58,872 nt of DNA, filler included, from Basidiobolus ranarum (GCA_040143965.1; 6 parts of 6 records of this genome joined end to end with filler, not necessarily neighbours in it), one strand, 5' to 3'; shown: positions 24,848-41,261, counted from the first letter of the whole stretch. Translations and numbers: made by a program. The notes: generated from the letters alone by a model not told the origin.

Positions 24848-27671
24848 AAACCAAATCTTTTTGTTTACTTAATAGTTCGTTTATTCTTGTAGATTTTTTT
24901 GCCCTCTAATACACTTTTTTATTCCGAAAAATCATTGATGCTGTATAAATATGCGTCAGTAATTGACAATTTTTTTCCTTCTATATATTGAATGTTTTGG
25001 TCGATATATGCTTTAATTCACTTAATATATTCTTGACATTTCTTTATCTCATTTATAAAGACAACTGAGCTTTTCACCATTCTAGTAAGTACACAATGAT
25101 GAAATTTCACTTAAAGCCATACTTTTCCAGATTTTTCTGTTTGATCATCAGAATCTCTCTACAATAGCTGTAATTATTTAGGAGATTTTAGGGGCCAAAG
25201 ATCATCCTAGTTCAGCGTGTTTCATGTAAATAGCAATAAAGTTGGACTGGTTGAGATAAAAACTGGCAAAACTCTCTGGAAAGTCCTGTTAGTCCTCACA
25301 ATCAATTTCAAGATTAATCCATGGAATGAGGACACTCACATGTTACTTTCTGAAGTGTTTGACTTATTGGGCTAACTGTCTCATTTAGCATCTTCTATTA
25401 TGTCTATCCCTACATCAATACTCTACCAATTGTCTTCATTAGTAGGTAGTTAGTTTTAAATGGCATGTACTATTTTCACATTTACCTATTAATCATTATT
25501 GTATCCAAAATATGACTCATTTACCACGAATTTCCTCACTACATTAACTAGAATAATACCGCCTATAGAGCCCAAAAAATAGCACATATTGCTAGTCATT
25601 GCCTATATACACACAAGCGGAGTGATATGTCCTCAATGGCTGTTCATAATTTGTTACGAAAGCAGTATACCGTTCATGAAAGTGATATAAGCAGAGGCTT
25701 GTAGTGAGAATTGCATATGTGACTTGGTCTTGGGTGTTATTATTAAAGGGCGTACTGTGCAAAAATAGCTGACCGTTAGTTTACAAAAAAAAAGTAACCC
25801 GAGATTGCAGTACAGTGAGCTATAGAGTATGCTAGTCAGTCTCAAGCAACTTCCCTATAGAATATGAATTATCAGAGGTAGAAATAGTTCGGTTTGTACA
25901 TGCTCATCCATTAAGAACAGCTCATTCATTTTAGAAGATCAGAGAATAGTAGTAATTTGGTATCTTCAAGCATTGGAATTCTGATATTACTAGTGTAGAG
26001 GCTACAATATGTATGTTTCCGTATCAAACAACGTACAAGATACATATCTTATGCAAGGAACAGGATCTTGCTCTTAGAGGATTGTGGCGGAAGAACGCCA
26101 TATCGCCTATCGTTGATGGCTTTGTTCCGTTCATCCGAATGGCATCTCAAACCGGTGACGAAGCCAGTCCATCGAGATCGACGATAAATTTGGCAACGCA
26201 CACTTTTCAGCAGATCTTTCGGCTGGTGATCCGTACCAATTACAGTCGTATAATTAGGAATAATCTAACAAATAATACGAATCGAAACATCCCATTTCAG
26301 CTTTCCCTTCATTGTAGCTCCATTTGACAAGTTTCGGTAATATGGAGATGCAGATGATACACACTTGAAGTACCAAATCAAAAGCACCAGTAAAACAAAT
26401 TTTGGTGGTACCGTTTGCCAATATGAAGTCCAGCATTAATGCACTTTTCCATTTTGCATTAGCGATTTTCGGAATCGCTTATTTGGCAACCTCGTAGTAC
26501 AGTCAATTTGGTTAGTGTACCATGAAAATATAATATGGTTGCTTAAGCGTGATGACTACTGTAGTAGCATCCATAACCGTATTGCTCGTGTAGTTCATGT
26601 ATACATAGAGCATGAGAGCCTTTTTCAGCCACACACTGTTTTGCCAATATTACCATAGGAAAACGATAAACCAGCTCTTTGCTGTGCTAGCCAATCAACA
26701 GTCGGAGCACAGTTCGAGATTCACGTAACTGACTCGGAGAAGTGCGATGTCCACCAACCACGACTGGCGTAGCTTGTCCAGAGCTATAACAAACCGCAAC
26801 TGTTAATCACATCCACATCTCGTAGCGCTACAATATTTCACAATCTAACATGTTCACAGGCATACCCCTAGTTGGCACCAACTCAATTACGTAGAATAAG
26901 GTTATATACATACCAAGTCAGCTAGAGTGGTAGTCATAGTCAATAAATTGTTACATCCCAAATGATTTGATATTACTCGCCCCAACATTAATTAGTTCTA
27001 CACATTCAGATTTACACAGCATGAAGGTTTTGCATGTTACATCAAATGCTACCATGTACGTTCACTTCTATTGAGCAAGCGGGTTGGTTATATTTCCCCA
27101 GGACTAGATTACCATTTAAGTTCCTGGGCTTCTTTATATCTAACTGACCAGCGATTAAGGCTGACCATTGAAAGTCCGGTCTTCATATTATATTTCTACT
27201 GTGCTGCCTCTACTACAACATTGCCATCTAGTAGTAGATAAATCATCGGTATTCCACTTCCGTAATTCTCCTCAAGAGATTAATTGAGGCGTCTTACCAT
27301 GGCATTTGATGGTCATGATTTTTTTCTTTTATTCGATCTCTAATGTCCTTGCTATTCTTATTATTAATGATCAATAGTATTAATTAAATATTCGTGATGA
27401 AATAAACTTCGTCGGGCTTAATATAGTCAAACCCTTCAATATCTAGGTTTCGGTAAATACTCTGCCTTATCCTTTTCAACTTGTCTTTCGGCAACGACTG
27501 GGTTCATATTAATACGGTCAGTTTGCCCATCTTTCCTTGATAACTCACCTGCACTCTATTTTCTGCAGAAACTTTTCGAGGATTTTTATTGCTAAGGAAG
27601 TTTATTATTTCATTTGACTGACTCCATATTGTATCTTGATAGTACGTCAAGACCCTGTTGATTTTCTTGAA

Positions 27672-28694
27672 ATGGTTTTATATAAATTAGTTGTTCTTGG
27701 TGATGGTGGTGTTGGAAAAGTAAGCGAGATGTACCTCTTTTGACTCGGTCCTATCATATACTAATTGCCATTTCAATGGATGTTTTTGTAGACTGCACTT
27801 ACTATTCAGGTTAGTTATACCTTTTAGAGTAGTCAATCATATTGCATTGTCAAGGTTACGCGTTTTATTCCTACATACTAACCATGTTACATGTCATAGC
27901 TTTGTTTAAATCATTTTGTTGGTGAGTACTTGTTACAAGTTTATACACCTAACACATATACGTATATATATGACTAATGATTTGTTTATTCATTTGAAAA
28001 TAATTCTGACTATATAGAGGTATGTGATGAATATCAAACGATATGTTGACCAAGTGTATTTATAATGGATCACTTTAGACTTATGATCCGACTATTGAGG
28101 ATTCCTATCGTAAACAAGTTGTGATCGACGAACAATCATGTATGCTCGAGGTTCTTGATACCGCTGGACAAGGTATAATCAAGCTATTCCTCTCTTTCTA
28201 TTCTCTATACCACTTACTTACGATTATCTATTTTAGAGGAGTACACTGCTTTGCGCGATCAATGGATTAGGTTAATAAGCATATTTTATTGAAAATTCAC
28301 TTGTATCTAAAGAAATAACCCTTATTTTGGTTTCAGAGATGGGGAAGGTTTCCTAGTAGTTTATTCTATTTCTTCACGTTCTACTTTTGAACGAGTTGAA
28401 AGATTCCGTGATCAAATTATTCGAGTCAAAGATACTGACAGGGTTCCTATAATGCTTGTGGGAAATAAATGTGATAAAATCAACGAACGCGAAGTTTCGA
28501 AAGAGGAAGGTCTTGGGATGGCACGAAGATTAGGCTGTGAATTCATTGAAACCTCAGCCAAGACATCTGTCAACGTGGAAAAGGCCTTTTACACAGTTGT
28601 CAGAACGATTCGCACAGTTCGAGAAGGTAATCACAGAACCGGAAGTAATCCTGGAGAGAAAAAAAAGAAAAAGAGCAAATGTCTCATTTTATAG
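27672..28694 (+). CDS. RAS2: Ras GTPase (fungal Ras2/RasB type); exons 27672-27719, 27792-27809, 27900-27921, 28018-28019, 28079-28172, 28237-28270, 28337-28694
   Basis: [60 protein letters not shown], polybasic tail plus CAAX box CLIL. Confidence 0.95.
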
Positions 28695-29527
28695 TTGCCA
28701 TCCATATTTTTATCGCCTTTTCTCCTCACTCGTATTAGTTTTGTTTGTTGTTCATCTTGGTTACAGCTTTTCTAGGCAAATACAAAGTCAATCCTGCATA
28801 GAAGACTTGGATCCCTTGACTTAGTTTTGTCTGGAATTTAATTCCCTTTGATAAATCAGTTTTAGTGAGACTTTTTCTCTTACGTTTTGTTAACTTACAC
28901 CCTCAACTTTTGACTCATTAGCCCTTTCTTAATATGTCATATTGTTAGACTTTTTTTTTCGTTTATCAACATTGTAATTACGCCAGAGTTCTGTGTTGTC
29001 ATTACTCTCAGTTACCTTTGCTTAAACGATTAGAATTATCACTATCACATACTTTTTCTCAATTCACTATAAATCACGTGATTTCTACATGAAAAGTATG
29101 AGGTTTCCAACAAATGAACTTTACCATTTAATATGTAAAATGTAAATTACGCTACGATTCTCACCAGGCTTGTTAGGGTGCTACTAGATATAGGCCATAA
29201 TGGGTAAGAGTAGTTAGTTACTTACGAAGACTTGGTTATTAGTCTCATGCGAGTTGAGTTACAGTATCGTATTTGGGAGTGTCATTATCGATCACTGTAG
29301 AAACAACGGCTGAGTTTGAGTCAGATGCCTGCTCAGATAGTACTTTATACTTATTTATTTCAGATTCAGATTCCCAACCCATGCGATGTGAGAATAAGTG
29401 CAGGAGCCCTATCTACGAAATGACCCCNNNNNNNNNNNNNNNNNNNNNNNNNNNNNNNNNNNNNNNNNNNNTTAATTAATTAANNNNNNNNNNNNNNNNN
29501 NNNNNNNNNNNNNNNNNNNNNNNNNNN

Positions 29528-29749
29528 GCTCTTGTTTAAGTAGTATCTCTGTTTGATAGTATACATATGAATTTCACTAATTCTCTAGCTCCATCGTAAA
29601 GTCCATACCTTGCTCTTTTCTACTCAGTAGATTTCAATTTATATCCTACCGACTACAGTTCAAGTTCATTTTCTTAAAGACATAAGATAATTGGAAGGTT
29701 TATTTGCTTTTGATAAATACAGGTAGAAAAGCAAATGCTAGTGGTAACA
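29528..29749 (-). repeat. Interspersed repeat end (probable LTR, TGTTA... terminus); inverted copy at 39095-39252
   Basis: 29592-29749 is the near reverse complement of 39095-39252. Confidence 0.75.
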
Positions 29750-29919
29750 GTAGAGAATACATTTATTAAATATTCAATGATTTTTGTATATATGAACAAA
29801 ATGAGATGTAAATCAATTGGTTTGTAGAAATAAGCCTAGTCAAATAACAACATGACTAAAATTAATTACAAGAAATGTTTAGAACGGAATATATCGGAAG
29901 AATTTGGATTCTCAATCTT

Positions 29920-32900
29920 CTACACATAAAACCTATGGAATTGGGTTAGTTGATGAGCACAAGAATAATTGGTATAGAATTGACTTACTTCTTGTTTATC
30001 AAGAATAACAACAAGTTTACGTTGACTTTGACGGCTCCATCGAACAAAGTGGTAACGTTAACGTTATCAAATTGCAATTGGAGGAGGTCTTCAAGTCTGA
30101 GAATCATATCGGCGATTTTAGCGCCCATGAGATATGCTTCTATGGAGAAAACTCCAGCTTCATCTGATGAGATAGTCATGGTAATTTTATCAAACTGCTT
30201 GGGAGAGAATTGCTCCATGGAGAGCAGAACTCCTTTTTGTGATAAGCGTTCTGCGGTATATTTGTACGATCCAAATCTGGGCATCTTCCCACTTTTCTGT
30301 AGATCTTTCAAATGGAAATATTGACGAGTAAAAGGCAACACTCTGGAGCGTTTGTTTTTCTTTTGTGACAGTTGGCTCATGCAGGTGTGGATATAATCCA
30401 AATAGGTATTCTTCTGCTCCTCAAGGTAGTTGCTTTTATCTGCAAGATTTAAAAGGGTCTGGCGAATACGCTTCATTTCCTGTCTTCGTTGAGTACGGCG
30501 TCGGTGCTTATTACGTACATCTGTAGCAATAGAATTAATCATCTCTTGATAACCGCTTTCAAACGATACTCTTCCCTCGCGTTCCAAGAGGTTAAGATAA
30601 TCAAACGTAACTTTCTTGAGAGTTAAGAAATCCACTCCACTGATGTCGAAATTGCTTTTGAGTCCATCCCCATTTGCCTTTTCCTGTGCAATCATTGCTT
30701 GATACCTTTGTTCGTCTCTGTTAGTAACTGGTCTCTCCAGGATGTCAAGAAGTGTTCTGCCAGATTGTATGCGAATGACATAGAGAACAAGACGTTTGGT
30801 TTCCACAAACAGCTGCTTGACTTCCGCCTCTTCCTCGCCCAAATCAGACAGATTGTTTGTCAAAGTCAGAGATAACTCACGATCTTGGAACCCGCTCTTG
30901 ATTGTAGGGGCAGGCCCAAGATTCTCTAACACAGAGCGTAGAGGGTCGTCCTCTTCAGGTGCCAACATGTCAATACTTTCTTCAAGCATAGAGTGAACTG
31001 AAAATACTTCGCTAGTATTAATATAAATGACAGGCTTCTGGCGATTGGCCAGGTCCAGAAATTCATCAATTTGGAAATATACTTCAGGATCACAAACCGC
31101 AGTGACATTGTACGAGTATTGGGCGAAACTTTCCGATGTAAACTTGACATAGCTATCCAATGCCTTCAATCCCACATTCTCATTTGAAAAGGGTTTACCG
31201 ACACAGACTTGATTTAACATCTTCGCCACCTCAGCCAGATTTTTACGTTGCAATGGGTTGATATTGGTTTCAATAACATCAAATGTTTCCGGAGCAATGA
31301 TGGCAGGATTGATGTAACGATAGTAAACAAGATTTCCAACGACTTTGAGAATAGTGTTTTCCTGTTCATTAGGCAGCTTCGTCATCAACGCCTCTCGTAG
31401 CTCACGAGCAATATATCTAATACCGTAAGGCATCTTATCCAAGGAGTTGTGGATTGAATTGACAAAGGTTGTTGTAATTGTTGTCAGTTGCTTCAAATGA
31501 GAAATAAGGACTTGTCGGGTCTCAACATCCTCCAGTACTTTATCTAGAGGAATGTCGTATGGACGGCTACTCTTCTTTCCTTCTCTCGACTCCTCTTCTC
31601 TGATCAACTTACGGTAAATGGCCAATGGGTCGGTCTCTAGGTCGAGAGTGGGGTCTTCGATAACTTGCTTAACAAGTGGTTGAAGCAGCTCTCGTAGATA
31701 TTTTCTCTCTTTCGCACCACGATTGTAGTGGACGGCTAATTTGATAAACACAGGATTGCCACGTAAGAAGTCCGACACAGTATCCACATTAGAAATCTCG
31801 ACATCAATGGCAGCCTTGAACAACTTCAACAATAAATACTCCTCTCTTTCGTTCTGTGCGAAACCAAACAGAGTCAAGACTACGGTTTCAACAAACTTTT
31901 TAGTCCGGTCTCCCATGTAGTTCTGGTTCATAATGAAGAGAAGGCGTGCCAGGTAAATTGGATGCGTCTGGAGTAAATAGAAAAGCTGCTGGTAACACTC
32001 CAATCTGTGTCTGTTGTCTTTGTCCAAGTTCTTTAATGATGAATGGGCAGCCTGAAATTCGTCAACAACGTTGTATTGTCTTTTAGAAGCTCTAATAACT
32101 TCATCGAGAGAAATTCGATTCTTGACAAGAAGAGCAATTTTAATGTCAAGATCATTTAAATGAGTTTCTAAGTCATTATTCTGACGAATAGTTAACACGG
32201 CCTGTTGACGTAGACGCTCCAATTCCATCTCTTCCTGGAAATCTTGGTCGCCATCGTCCAATAGGTGAATGAAATTACGCATAGTAGAAACTGGTGGATC
32301 TTCCACCATAGTCAAGGTACGGTATGCGTTGTTGGCAAGCTTAGCCCGGAATAAACTTTGAACTTTGATGACTTTATCTGCATTCTCCACGTAGTGCTTC
32401 CAACGTTTTTGCTCTTGGTTTTTCTTGATAAACCCACGCACGCATTGCTGCACTTTTACTATGCTCTCTTCATGAGTAGCATAATGCTCGAGAATGTTAC
32501 CAACAGCTCTACGAGATAGGACGCCACGAGCCATTGCTTGAAGTTTTTGAATAGCTGACTTGTTGCGTTGTAGGGATTCACGCACTTGATCAAACTGCTT
32601 TCGAACCAAGAATCCGCGGGCCACAGATTGAGCTTTAATCACGTTATCTTGATTTCCATAGTAATGAGTGAGAGTTCCACGAATCTTTTGACGTGCTAAT
32701 AAGCCTCGGGCCATGGCTTGAATTTGTACAACTTCATGTTGATACGCTAGACAGTGTTCAAGTATACCACGTATCTTATTTCTCGCTAGCACACCACGAG
32801 CTAGTGCTTGAACTTCAACAAAAGCAGGAGAATGGTAATGCATCTTTCCTAAAAACTCATTCACTGCTTTACGAGCCAGCACACCTCGAGCAAGCGACTG

Positions 32901-35554
32901 TACTTCAACAATAGTAGAAAGACTATCATTCAGTTGTCTCAAAGTATCACTCATTCTTCTACGAGTCAGCATGCCACGAGCAAGTGCCTGAATACCAACC
33001 ACCGCTGAGGTATTATGATGCAACTCTCCGGAAAAGTCTTTCATTCTTCTACGAGCCAAAATACCGCGGGCAAGTGACTGTACTTTAATAATAGGAGAAA
33101 TGCTATTATTCACCTGTCTCAAAGTATCATTCATTCTTTTACGTGCCATCACACCACGAGCAAGTGCCTGAATGTTAACAATTGCTGAGATATTATGATG
33201 CAACCCTTCACGAATATTGTTCATCTTTTTACGGGTTAGCATACCACGAGCAGCAGCTTGCACTTTGACGATATCATCCGCATTTTGATGATAGTGATTC
33301 ATCGTATTTTTAATCTGCTTGCGAGTCTGAATTCCGCGGAAAATAGCCTGGGCCTGAATAACTTTGGACTCGTTATCCTGATAGTGCTTCATCATTTCTT
33401 GATGTGCTTTACGAGTCAAGTTGCCTCGGGTGATGGCCTGTATCTTGATTACCTTATCAACATTTTGAAGGTAATGATTTTCCATACTACTCCGAGCTTT
33501 TCGCACCATACGACCGCGAATCGCCGCTTGTATACGAGAAATTTTGTCTTGATTGTCTCTATAGTATGCGAGTTTTTGTTGAAAGATTTTCCGAGAAAAG
33601 TAACCTCGAGCAAGGGATTGAATTTTGATAACACTATCCGCATTTGCATCATAACGAGATAACCTCTCCTGGTAAAGTTTACGTGCATAATGTCCACGAA
33701 TCGCTGACTGAACTTGAACGATGTGAGACTGGCCTTGACGATAATGATTCAAGGTTTTCTTGATTTTACTACGAGTGACTCTACCCTTTACAACTGCTTG
33801 AACTTTGATGATTTCCTTTGAGTGTTGTTGGTAATGATTAAGTGTGTTAGAAAACCGTTTCCGAGCTAAGAAGCCTCTAGCAAGAGCTTGGATTTCGGTA
33901 ATCTTGCCATCATTCTTTTGAAGTGAAAGTTCATTGTTGCGACGATGATAACGTGATAGATAACCACGAGACAACGCCTGAAGTTTGATAATCAACTTCT
34001 CGTTTATACGATGCTGAGACAGTAATTCCTGAACGGATCTGCGAACCAATATTCCTCGACTAAGACTTTGAAGCTGTTCAAATATAGAATTAGTAAGTTT
34101 GACAAGTTAAAGTTACCTAAATTTTTACTGAATACCTTGATAATATGGGGCTCGCTCTTGTGAAGCTTTTGTAATCTAGAAGTGAATGCTTGTCTGGTGA
34201 GAACACCGCGGATTTGCGCTTGAATCATGGTAAGAGCCTTGGTCGATTGCTTGTGAATACGCTGCTGTTGTGAAAATGCTTTTGAGGCTAGATATGACCT
34301 AGCAATGGCTTGACATTTGATGACACCTCTTTCATTTTCAGACCAGTATATTTGTTCCACTGAAGGATATAATGTTAGTTTATGCTTAGGATAAGTGTAT
34401 TATTATGATCTCAATATCATGGAAAATTGTTCTTACATTCTTCGGGGGTCAGTGTTGGTTCCGGTTCTGGTTCTGGCTCCGGCTCTGGTTCATTTAGTTC
34501 TTTGGCAAGAGTCTTTTTAAGATTATTAAATGCGGGCATAGCCACTCCGGACCTTTCAAGTTCATCCTGAGTATTTTTCAACTGCTCATCTGAAGAGAAT
34601 GAAATTAAGTATGATGACCAATAAACATAAACTCAATAGAAATCTTCTTCGTACCTGTAAAATTGAGCTCGCCCACCAGGTTATTTACATTTGGCGCCCG
34701 GCCTTTTTTAAACAAGAAATGTCTGAATGAGGAATAGGTTAGTGATGTTCCGGAATCCAATGCAGATAACGTTAAATAGTAGCTTACCCAAGTGCATGTA
34801 TACAATAAATCACCTTTGGAATGTTCTTTCTTTCGTAGAGATCGGTCAACTCAAAGAGGAAATTCTACCAAATAATCAAAGTTACATTCTGTAATAGGAT
34901 ACTAAAAGGTTCATTCCAAACCGCCTACCTCCGGCAATCCAATCTTGTGAATAGCATCGAAGAAATGATTAATATTGTCTGAATGTCTGAACTGTAGTCG
35001 TGGTGCCTAATATCAAATCAAGTAAGTATCGGTTTCCATCATTGTATCAATTCAAGCTTACTTCATAGATTCTTTTCACACATGAAGGTTCAAATACTCT
35101 TGCCAATTTGGCAATAACTACACCGTTTCGAATGTTTTCTTCGAGAGTTTCAATAGGAGAGATTTCTTCATTCAGACATGCTTCAATCCATCTAAAATTG
35201 TAGAAAAGTTTAAGGTTGAGTCACGAGGCTGAGCGAACTTAAATGTCTTTTGGAAATTACTGTTTCGCTTCCGCTACGTGACAAAGATATTCATAAGCTT
35301 GTATGTTTTTTCGCTCCATTTCAATCCAAGCCGCATTTCGTCTGGCTTTAAGTGTTCCACTATCGATGGTCAGATTTTTTTGAAGACGTACACGGCCTTT
35401 AAGTCCTATATATATCATAGTAATACTTGAGTCCAATATGTAGATGAAAATGGAATACAAAAAATTACTAACCCGCTACGTCTTCATGCTCCAGAGGAAC
35501 AATATCCTCCGGAGTGGTGACCACCGAGATTCGCTTCAGATAATCTCGTTGAAT
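29920..35554 (-). CDS. IQG1: IQGAP (CH domain, ~22 IQ repeats, RasGAP and RasGAP_C domains); start codon uncertain
   Basis: AYEYLCHVAEAKQWIEAC, FRHSDNINHFF, IQxxxRGxxxR arrays, YYRYINPAIIAPE, FGSYKYTAERL, VNVNLLLFLINKKFYV. Confidence 0.95.
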
Positions 35555-36312
35555 TTTGACGGATGAAACAGACACAAAGGTTGGGTGGTAATGAGGTAGC
35601 AGTGGGAGAAATATTAAATTAGATAATATGTACAAGAGCGGACTTTAGAAACAGATTAATATGGCGATAATCCGCTAAACGTTTAAACAGTAGAAACTAT
35701 TGTAACTGTGGTATGCAAGCTCGAAAGTAAACAAGCGACACAAACAGGAGAGGCTAGGTATACTTTTAAGAATAGCAGAAGTAAATAAACCAAATACCAC
35801 CGATGCGTGCTCGTATTGGTTGAAATTTGGTTGTAAATGGGGAGGTGCACACAAACGACGACACATCCACATCAATATATGAAATTAAGGAAGTTGTTTA
35901 CAGTAACAATAACAATCAAATGCTGTATATAAAGTGCATGCCTATTTTAAAATAATGAACACAAGTGACCAGAATATTTACCACTTCATGTTCAACCAAT
36001 TAAAGCGACGCTAGTGTATAACAACAATTACATCAGAGCTCTTCAATTGCCTACAATTAACACCTTGTAAATTTGCTTAACCAAAAAAATAAGATATAAG
36101 ATGATATTTGTTAAATTTAATGAATTATTTCACTGGTAATTGAAAGCTCTTTTTCCTTCAGATTACTGCTAAATAATTAGCGGATTGTACTCAATTAATC
36201 ATCGAGTGTTATGATGGATATTAAATAGCATAGTATAATGCTTGGTGTGCGCCATTGTTTTCGTGACAAAAGATAACATCTGAACGAATGATCATCTGAA
36301 GCAACAAGGGTT

Positions 36313-38873
<2,561 letters not shown>

Positions 38874-38978
38874 TATTGATAGCGATATGAGTGTACTTTA
38901 CAAACCAAAAAAAAAGAATTACGATTATCTGATAAATTTCATAATATCCCTTGATCATCAAAACCCAATCATTTGTTA

Positions 38979-39064
38979 CAGTGTTTTAATCTAAAATGAG
39001 AGGAATTAAACAAATCAATTAGACATTTCATAAAATCAATGGGATCGCAAAAAAATTGAAGACA
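38979..39064 (+). repeat. Tc1/mariner-like terminal repeat fragment (TA|CAGTG...); second copy at 52082-52167
   Basis: CAGTGTTTTAATCTAAAATGAGA...ATCAATTAGA.ATTTCATAAAA shared by both copies, each preceded by TA. Confidence 0.55.
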
Positions 39065-39094
39065 AGCAAAAGAAGCTTCATCAATATATGTGAC

Positions 39095-39252
39095 TGTTAT
39101 TACTAGCATTTGCTTTTCTACCTGTATTTATCAAAAGCAAATAAACCTTCCAATTATCTTATGTCTTTAAGAAAATGAACTTGAACTGTAGTCGATAGGA
39201 TATAGACTGAAATACACTGAGTAGAAAAGAGCAAGGTATGAACTTTATGATG
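39095..39252 (+). repeat. Interspersed repeat end (probable LTR) truncated by contig end
   Basis: TGTTATTACTAGCATTTGC...; inverted homolog of 29592-29749. Confidence 0.75.
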
Positions 39253-39354
39253 NNNNNNNNNNNNNNNNNNNNNNNNNNNNNNNNNNNNNNNNNNNNTTAA
39301 TTAATTAANNNNNNNNNNNNNNNNNNNNNNNNNNNNNNNNNNNNNNNNNNNNCG

Positions 39355-39528
39355 AACCAAGATAAAGTAGAGCAACCTAAAGAGGTGCCACAAACACAGA
39401 CGCAACAACCAGCAACAGCACCAGCCGCCGTTCCTGGCGACAAAGTATCTCCAGCATCTAGCGAGTCCGATTCTGATGAAGTCTCGAACTGTAATGGACC
39501 GTTAGGAATCTGTATCACCATCTCATGA
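39355..39528 (+). CDS. C-terminal fragment of a low-complexity, probably secreted protein (5'-truncated)
   Basis: Open frame DKVEQPKEVPQTQTQQPATAPAAVPGDKVSPASSESDSDEVSNCNGPLGICITIS*. Confidence 0.5.
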   Translation, partial: NQDKVEQPKEVPQTQTQQPATAPAAVPGDKVSPASSESDSDEVSNCNGPLGICITIS

Positions 39529-41261
39529 TAGAGATCTGGGGGGTCCGGTAAAAGGAATCGAGTCGGGTAAATATGAGATGGTAGCTCCAACATGATTCCA
39601 TAGATATTATTAGTGTTTCAATAGAATGAATACCTGAAATAAATCTCATTCAAATCACTATTTGGCCAATTGCTGAAATCTCCGTGCCTATGCAAAAGCG
39701 GAATATTTGTATTAGAAATCAAATCAAATGATGACATAATAGTGATGACTAGAGGTTTGGAGGGTACTTGGAATAATCCAATAAGAAAACCAAGCAACCG
39801 CCAAGAAGTCCAACCCTAATGCAAATGCAAACACATATGGGCGAGACAGTGTGGATTCTCCCTAGCTAGCCAAAGCTTATGATTACAACTCGGTTCTAGC
39901 AATCTATCGTTGAATACGCCAAAAAATAACATTGAATACGCAACAAACTACCATTGAATATAAAAATAAAATATACCACATTCCAAAGAAATTTTACCTA
40001 AATCCTTCCCAACCTTGCGCCTAAATCTACTTAGATCTTGCTTTAATTCATCCATCGGTTGGGTTTAGGCATGTGACCTGAACCAACGGGAGCTCTGCAT
40101 CCGAATATTATAGGGAGACAAAAAGATCCCTTGATTCCGCCCTGTAATTACGGATAAACCTATCCCCTCGGATACTTGATTGGACAGGACGACACCCGAC
40201 ACCACCTTAAATCTCATCACAATGTAGGCACAGCATGATGGATAAGCTCATTGCAAACACAGCATGATGGCTAGTAGATCATTGCTCAGATTGCCAAGTG
40301 TTCAGTATCAATCCTATTGGTGGAGATTTAAGCAAGCAATTCTAGAAAGAAGGCGGAGGAAGCAATAAGCCCAGGACCGTGGTCAGGCCTAAATTGGAGA
40401 GTTTCTCTTCGGGCTGACTTATTCCGTTATTCATTAAACTGGCTTCGATACCTGATTATCCATTTCAACCTTGTTGCTTCCAAATCCAGTTGAGTAACCT
40501 TCTCATTCTCCTTACCGAAATCAAGCCGAGATTGAGGTAGAGCTCCCCCAAAGGTCACCTGCATTGCCAGGGTCAGGTCCATATCGATTGGGTTATGCTA
40601 GACAGGATGTTCCAGTGGCCTCTGTTCATTGGTATACGCCATCCAACTAAGCTTTTTCTCTTCCTGATACCTCGGAACTGAGTTCCTCCTTCCGTGTAGC
40701 TTTCCTTAATTTAGCTCCAGGATTTTATGGGAATTGATGGAATCCTTATAATTTCATGGCCATTTTCCCGAGTACCCTAATTGGGCTACGGGATCCGGTC
40801 TTTATTACTGATCAGTATCTCTATTGAATTCCTTTTTTTATCGATGTCCGAAGCTATGAATCTCCCCACACCTACTGTATGGATCCCTATTTTCGCCAAA
40901 TTTTCATTCAACTATCTGACTTTCTGAACTCTGGCTACCTTTTCTACATTCACTCACTCACAAGCACGTTTTTAACTTTTACCCTCAGTTTAGTTATTTC
41001 TTTGGTCTGTGCTTTCACTCTGTAGATTCTTACGTAGAAGAACAACACTTCCACTACCACCACCACCACCACCCATTAATACACCTCGTAAAACTCACCT
41101 CTAGAGGACCTAACCCTCGCGTACTATTTGGACAACAAAGTCGATAGATAACCAATTGGGCGTTTTTGAGAACCACTCTATCATAAGCCATTACTCCCAC
41201 TGTAGACGTACTACTTTGTTCATAGATAACTCTAGTGAATATTCCCGTGATAAATAGTTGA

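Noticed and set aside
25000-27600. Short ORFs in the long region upstream of Ras
   Set aside because: No recognisable domain or RNA structure; cannot distinguish from regulatory or decayed DNA
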